64,000 nucleotides of DNA from Gammaproteobacteria bacterium (lineage in GTDB: Bacteria > Pseudomonadota > Gammaproteobacteria > Steroidobacterales > Steroidobacteraceae). The stretch's first letter is position 1, and the number at the start of each line of letters is the position of its first letter. The DNA lies in NCBI GenBank assembly GCA_041690895.1, contig JBEPVT010000011.1:26983-90982 (forward strand), given 5' to 3'. A program made the position numbers and the translations under genes. Positions 61,406 to 64,000 of the stretch are shown piece after piece. The notes beneath the pieces were generated by a model. That model was given only the letters and a program-made list of their open reading frames with translations. It searched no databases and was not told the DNA's origin.

Positions 61406-63663
61406 GGTTGTAGATTTTCGTCGAAGAACCTTTTGATCATCTTATAGCCGTGCCGTCCATCGTTTTGGCGCATGAGCCCATGCTTTGCTCCCGGATACAC
61501 CATCACGTCAAACGGCTTGCCTAAGTCCTGCAGCTTGCGAAACAGCTTGGTGCTGTTCAAGAACAGCACGTTGTCATCGGACATGCCGTGCATCACCAGA
61601 AGCCTTCCCTTGAGGTCTTTCGCATAGGGAAGCACGGAACTGGCCTCGTAGCCGGCCGCGTTGTCTTGAGGGCGATCCAAGTAGCGCTCCGTGTAATGCG
61701 TGTCGTAGAGCGCGAAATCCGTGACGGGAGCGCCGGCAACCCCGGCACGAAACACCTCAGGTGCCTTGAACATCAAGTTGAGCGTCATGTAGCCGCCGTA
61801 GCTCCAGCCCCACACACCGATGCGGGCGGGATCCACGAAACTCTGAGAACCCAGCCAGCGCGCGCCCTGCACTTGATCCGCGACTTCGACTTCGCCCATG
61901 CGGCGGTGAATCGGATTTTGGAATGCAGTGCCGCGGAATGCGCTGCCGCGGTTGTCGAGTGTGAACACCACGTAGCCTGCGCGCGTGAGGATCTGAGTGA
62001 AAGTGCTGCCTTGCCAATTGTTGAGGACTCGCTGCACACCGGGTCCGCCGTATACATCGACGATGGCGGGATAGCGCTTGGCCGGATCGAAATGCAGCGG
62101 CTTGAACATTTGGTAGTACAGCGTCTGACCATCGGCCGCCGTGAGCGTGCCGATTTCCGCAACGGAATTGTCGGCGAGATACGGCGCATCGGGGTGCTGC
62201 GCGTCCAATCGATTTTCCAGCAACCAGGATAGGAGCTTGCCGTCCACGGAATGCAAACTGACTTGCGGCGGCTGACTGTTGCTGGTGAAGTTATCAATAT
62301 AAAAGCGCGCGTCGGGCGACATGGAAACGGCATGCACGCCCGGTTCTTGCGTGATCCTTCGAACTTGGTGCGGGTCTTGAGTGTCGAGCGATGCGCTGTA
62401 TAGGTGCCGCTCGGTCGGTGTTTTTTCGGTGGCCGTGAAATACACGGTGCGGGTTTTCTCGTCGATGCCCATCACCGCGCGCTTGCGAAAATCATCGACT
62501 CCCCATTTTCCGGCGGTCAATTGCCGGAGCAGGCGGCCATCGGTGTCGTATAAATATAAATGCGTGTAGCCATCGCGCGCCGAGCCCCAGATAAACTCAT
62601 GGGAACTCTTCAGAAACGACAGCTCGTCATTCAAGTCAATCCAGGTATCGCTGGTTTCCGTGAGAATGGTTCGAGCCTTGCCGCTGTCGATGTCCGCAAA
62701 TAAAAGGTCGAGTTTTCGCTGGTTGCGGCTCTCGCGCTGAATTGCCAGCGTTTTGCCGTCGGGCAGCCAATTTACCCTGGCAAGATAAATATCTTGATCG
62801 GCGCCCAAATCCATCCAGGTGAGCGCGCCGGTCTTGATGTCAACGACGCCCAAGCGCACCAGCACGTTAGGTCCGCCGGTGGTCGGATAGCGCTGCGGAA
62901 ACGTCGCCACATTGTCGGCCGAGATCTCGAATCGCTCGGTCACTTTGATCGGGCTTTCATCGACGCGTGCGAAGGCAATGTGCCGCCCATCGGGTGCCCA
63001 CCAATAACCGGTGCTGCGGTCCATCTCTTCTTGGGCAATGAACTCGGCCATGCCATTCTTGATGACGCCGCCGCCGTCGCTGGTCAGGGCCTTTTCCGTC
63101 TTCGCCGCGATGTCATAGGCATAGAGGTTTTGATCGCGCACATAGGCGACGAGTCCGCCGGCCGGCGAGACGGTACCGTCGGTCGCAAAGCCGTGGGTAT
63201 CGATGAATTCAACCACGGGTTTGTGCGTGCGCGTTGCCAGCGGGTAGTAATACAGCTTGCCATTGAGAGGAAACAGCAGCGCATCGCCCGCGGGCGCGAA
63301 GGTGTATTCCAGAATGCCCGACAAGGCGGCGGTTCTTTGCCGTTCGCGGCGCCCGATCTCCTCGTCGGAGAGTTTTTCTTGTTTGGGCGCGAGTGCTTTT
63401 GAGTCGACCAGCACGCGTGCTTTGCCATCGTGAATGTTGTACTCCCACAGATCGAGGCGGTCCTTGTCGTCCGCCTTGCCCTTAAGATAGGTCACGCGCG
63501 CGCCGTCGGGAGAGATCTTCAGGCCCACAATAGTGGGGCCCGCCAATGGCGGTGTATCGAACAATCGATCGATGGTGAGTTCGCCGGCCGTGGCGCCGGT
63601 GGCGACCGCGCAGGCAACCAATGCCGGCGCCAAGTACCTGCCCGTGTTACGAGAGTCCGTCAT
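61402..63663 (-). CDS. S9 family serine peptidase, dipeptidyl-peptidase IV type
   Basis: Signal peptide, DPP-IV N-terminal propeller, catalytic GWSYGGYM serine, later D and GAKHGL histidine. 753 aa. Confidence 0.88.
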   Translation of the reverse strand: MTDSRNTGRYLAPALVACAVATGATAGELTIDRLFDTPPLAGPTIVGLKISPDGARVTYLKGKADDKDRLDLWEYNIHDGKARVLVDSKALAPKQEKLSDEEIGRRERQRTAALSGILEYTFAPAGDALLFPLNGKLYYYPLATRTHKPVVEFIDTHGFATDGTVSPAGGLVAYVRDQNLYAYDIAAKTEKALTSDGGGVIKNGMAEFIAQEEMDRSTGYWWAPDGRHIAFARVDESPIKVTERFEISADNVATFPQRYPTTGGPNVLVRLGVVDIKTGALTWMDLGADQDIYLARVNWLPDGKTLAIQRESRNQRKLDLLFADIDSGKARTILTETSDTWIDLNDELSFLKSSHEFIWGSARDGYTHLYLYDTDGRLLRQLTAGKWGVDDFRKRAVMGIDEKTRTVYFTATEKTPTERHLYSASLDTQDPHQVRRITQEPGVHAVSMSPDARFYIDNFTSNSQPPQVSLHSVDGKLLSWLLENRLDAQHPDAPYLADNSVAEIGTLTAADGQTLYYQMFKPLHFDPAKRYPAIVDVYGGPGVQRVLNNWQGSTFTQILTRAGYVVFTLDNRGSAFRGTAFQNPIHRRMGEVEVADQVQGARWLGSQSFVDPARIGVWGWSYGGYMTLNLMFKAPEVFRAGVAGAPVTDFALYDTHYTERYLDRPQDNAAGYEASSVLPYAKDLKGRLLVMHGMSDDNVLFLNSTKLFRKLQDLGKPFDVMVYPGAKHGLMRQNDGRHGYKMIKRFFDENLQP

Positions 63664-63695
63664 GAATTTAAGCCCTGTTCGTTGTGTTAATTATA

Positions 63696-64000
63696 TTACA
63701 GCCGCGTGATGCGATAACAAACCTCGCGCAACTGCGTCAGTCCGCGCGCGCGCAAGCGCGGTTCAAGCTCCAAGATTTCGTGCCGCCCCAGTTCCTCGAT
63801 TGAATGATGATCCGCGTAAAGCGCGTCGAGCATATCGCGGCTCACCGGGAAGGGTGGGCCGCTCATTTCAGCTTGCGGGTACTCCACGGCAATCAACAGT
63901 GTTTGAACGCCGGGGCTCGTGAGTGCGGTGAGATGCTTTACGTATGCCTCGCGCAGCGCCGGCGTCCAGGAGATCAGGGCCGCGCGATCGTAAACCGCAG
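63696..64000 (-). CDS. tpm: thiopurine S-methyltransferase, C-terminal part (5' end outside window)
   Basis: The minus-strand frame stays open to the window edge: VYDRAALISWTPALREAYVKHLTALTSPGVQTLLIAVEYPQAEMSGPPFPV... matches the TPMT pattern VYDRAALIAL...EGPPF. Confidence 0.75.
   Translation of the reverse strand, partial: AVYDRAALISWTPALREAYVKHLTALTSPGVQTLLIAVEYPQAEMSGPPFPVSRDMLDALYADHHSIEELGRHEILELEPRLRARGLTQLREVCYRITRL

Noticed and set aside
61402-63663. Possible low-GC (horizontally acquired) signature of the DPP-IV peptidase gene.
   Set aside because: My hand counts of three 100-120-nt samples gave about 48%, 52% and 60% GC. That is too variable and too close to other core genes in the window (for example lptA and the TraB/GumN gene) to support a foreign origin without a proper sliding-window and codon-usage analysis.

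Overview
High-GC (roughly 60-63% in the stretches I counted) gammaproteobacterial chromosome segment. It is almost entirely conserved core genome and is very tightly packed: about 66 CDS plus one RNase P RNA. I saw no rRNA, tRNA, CRISPR array, transposase or integrase. All calls come from reading the supplied translations and the DNA by eye; no homology search was run, so names rest on recognised motifs and synteny.

Gene content, left to right:
- adk (3' end), rnd, a membrane protein, mpl, a LON-domain protein, a CPBP protease and hemL.
- A Cpx-type envelope-stress module: cpxA-cpxR divergent from a CpxP/Spy-like gene.
- A TraB/GumN protein and cpdA.
- A long plus-strand unit tkt-gap-pgk-pyk that runs without a break into a MoxR-type AAA+ ATPase, a CoxE-like VWA protein and a patatin phospholipase.
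- The minus-strand kdsD-kdsC-lptC-lptA-lptB-rpoN-hpf-rapZ block, with no ptsN or npr.
- ibaG-murA, a DegS/AlgW-like protease, petABC (cytochrome bc1), sspAB, yraN-lpoA and rsmI.
- rnpB (RNase P RNA).
- A complete dcw cluster, mraZ through ftsZ, then lpxC.
- A short DUF721/DciA-like gene, an M23 peptidase, secA, a mutT-like Nudix gene, a hipB-hipA toxin-antitoxin pair, a DPP-IV-type S9 peptidase, and the 3' part of a thiopurine methyltransferase gene.

The order from petA to mutT matches what I remember for Pseudomonas, but with several blocks missing (mla, ptsN/npr, diaA/dolP).

Nothing here is obviously a spectacular new system. The candidates most worth a second look are:
1. The translationally welded ATPase-VWA-patatin triad appended to the glycolytic operon.
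2. A 20-bp tandem duplication at the ddl/ftsQ junction that creates a 7-codon relay ORF.
3. A twin two-hairpin repeat immediately after rnpB, with pairing-preserving substitutions.
4. A kdsD segment where a normally invariant motif appears to sit in the wrong frame.
5. The hipBA insertion.
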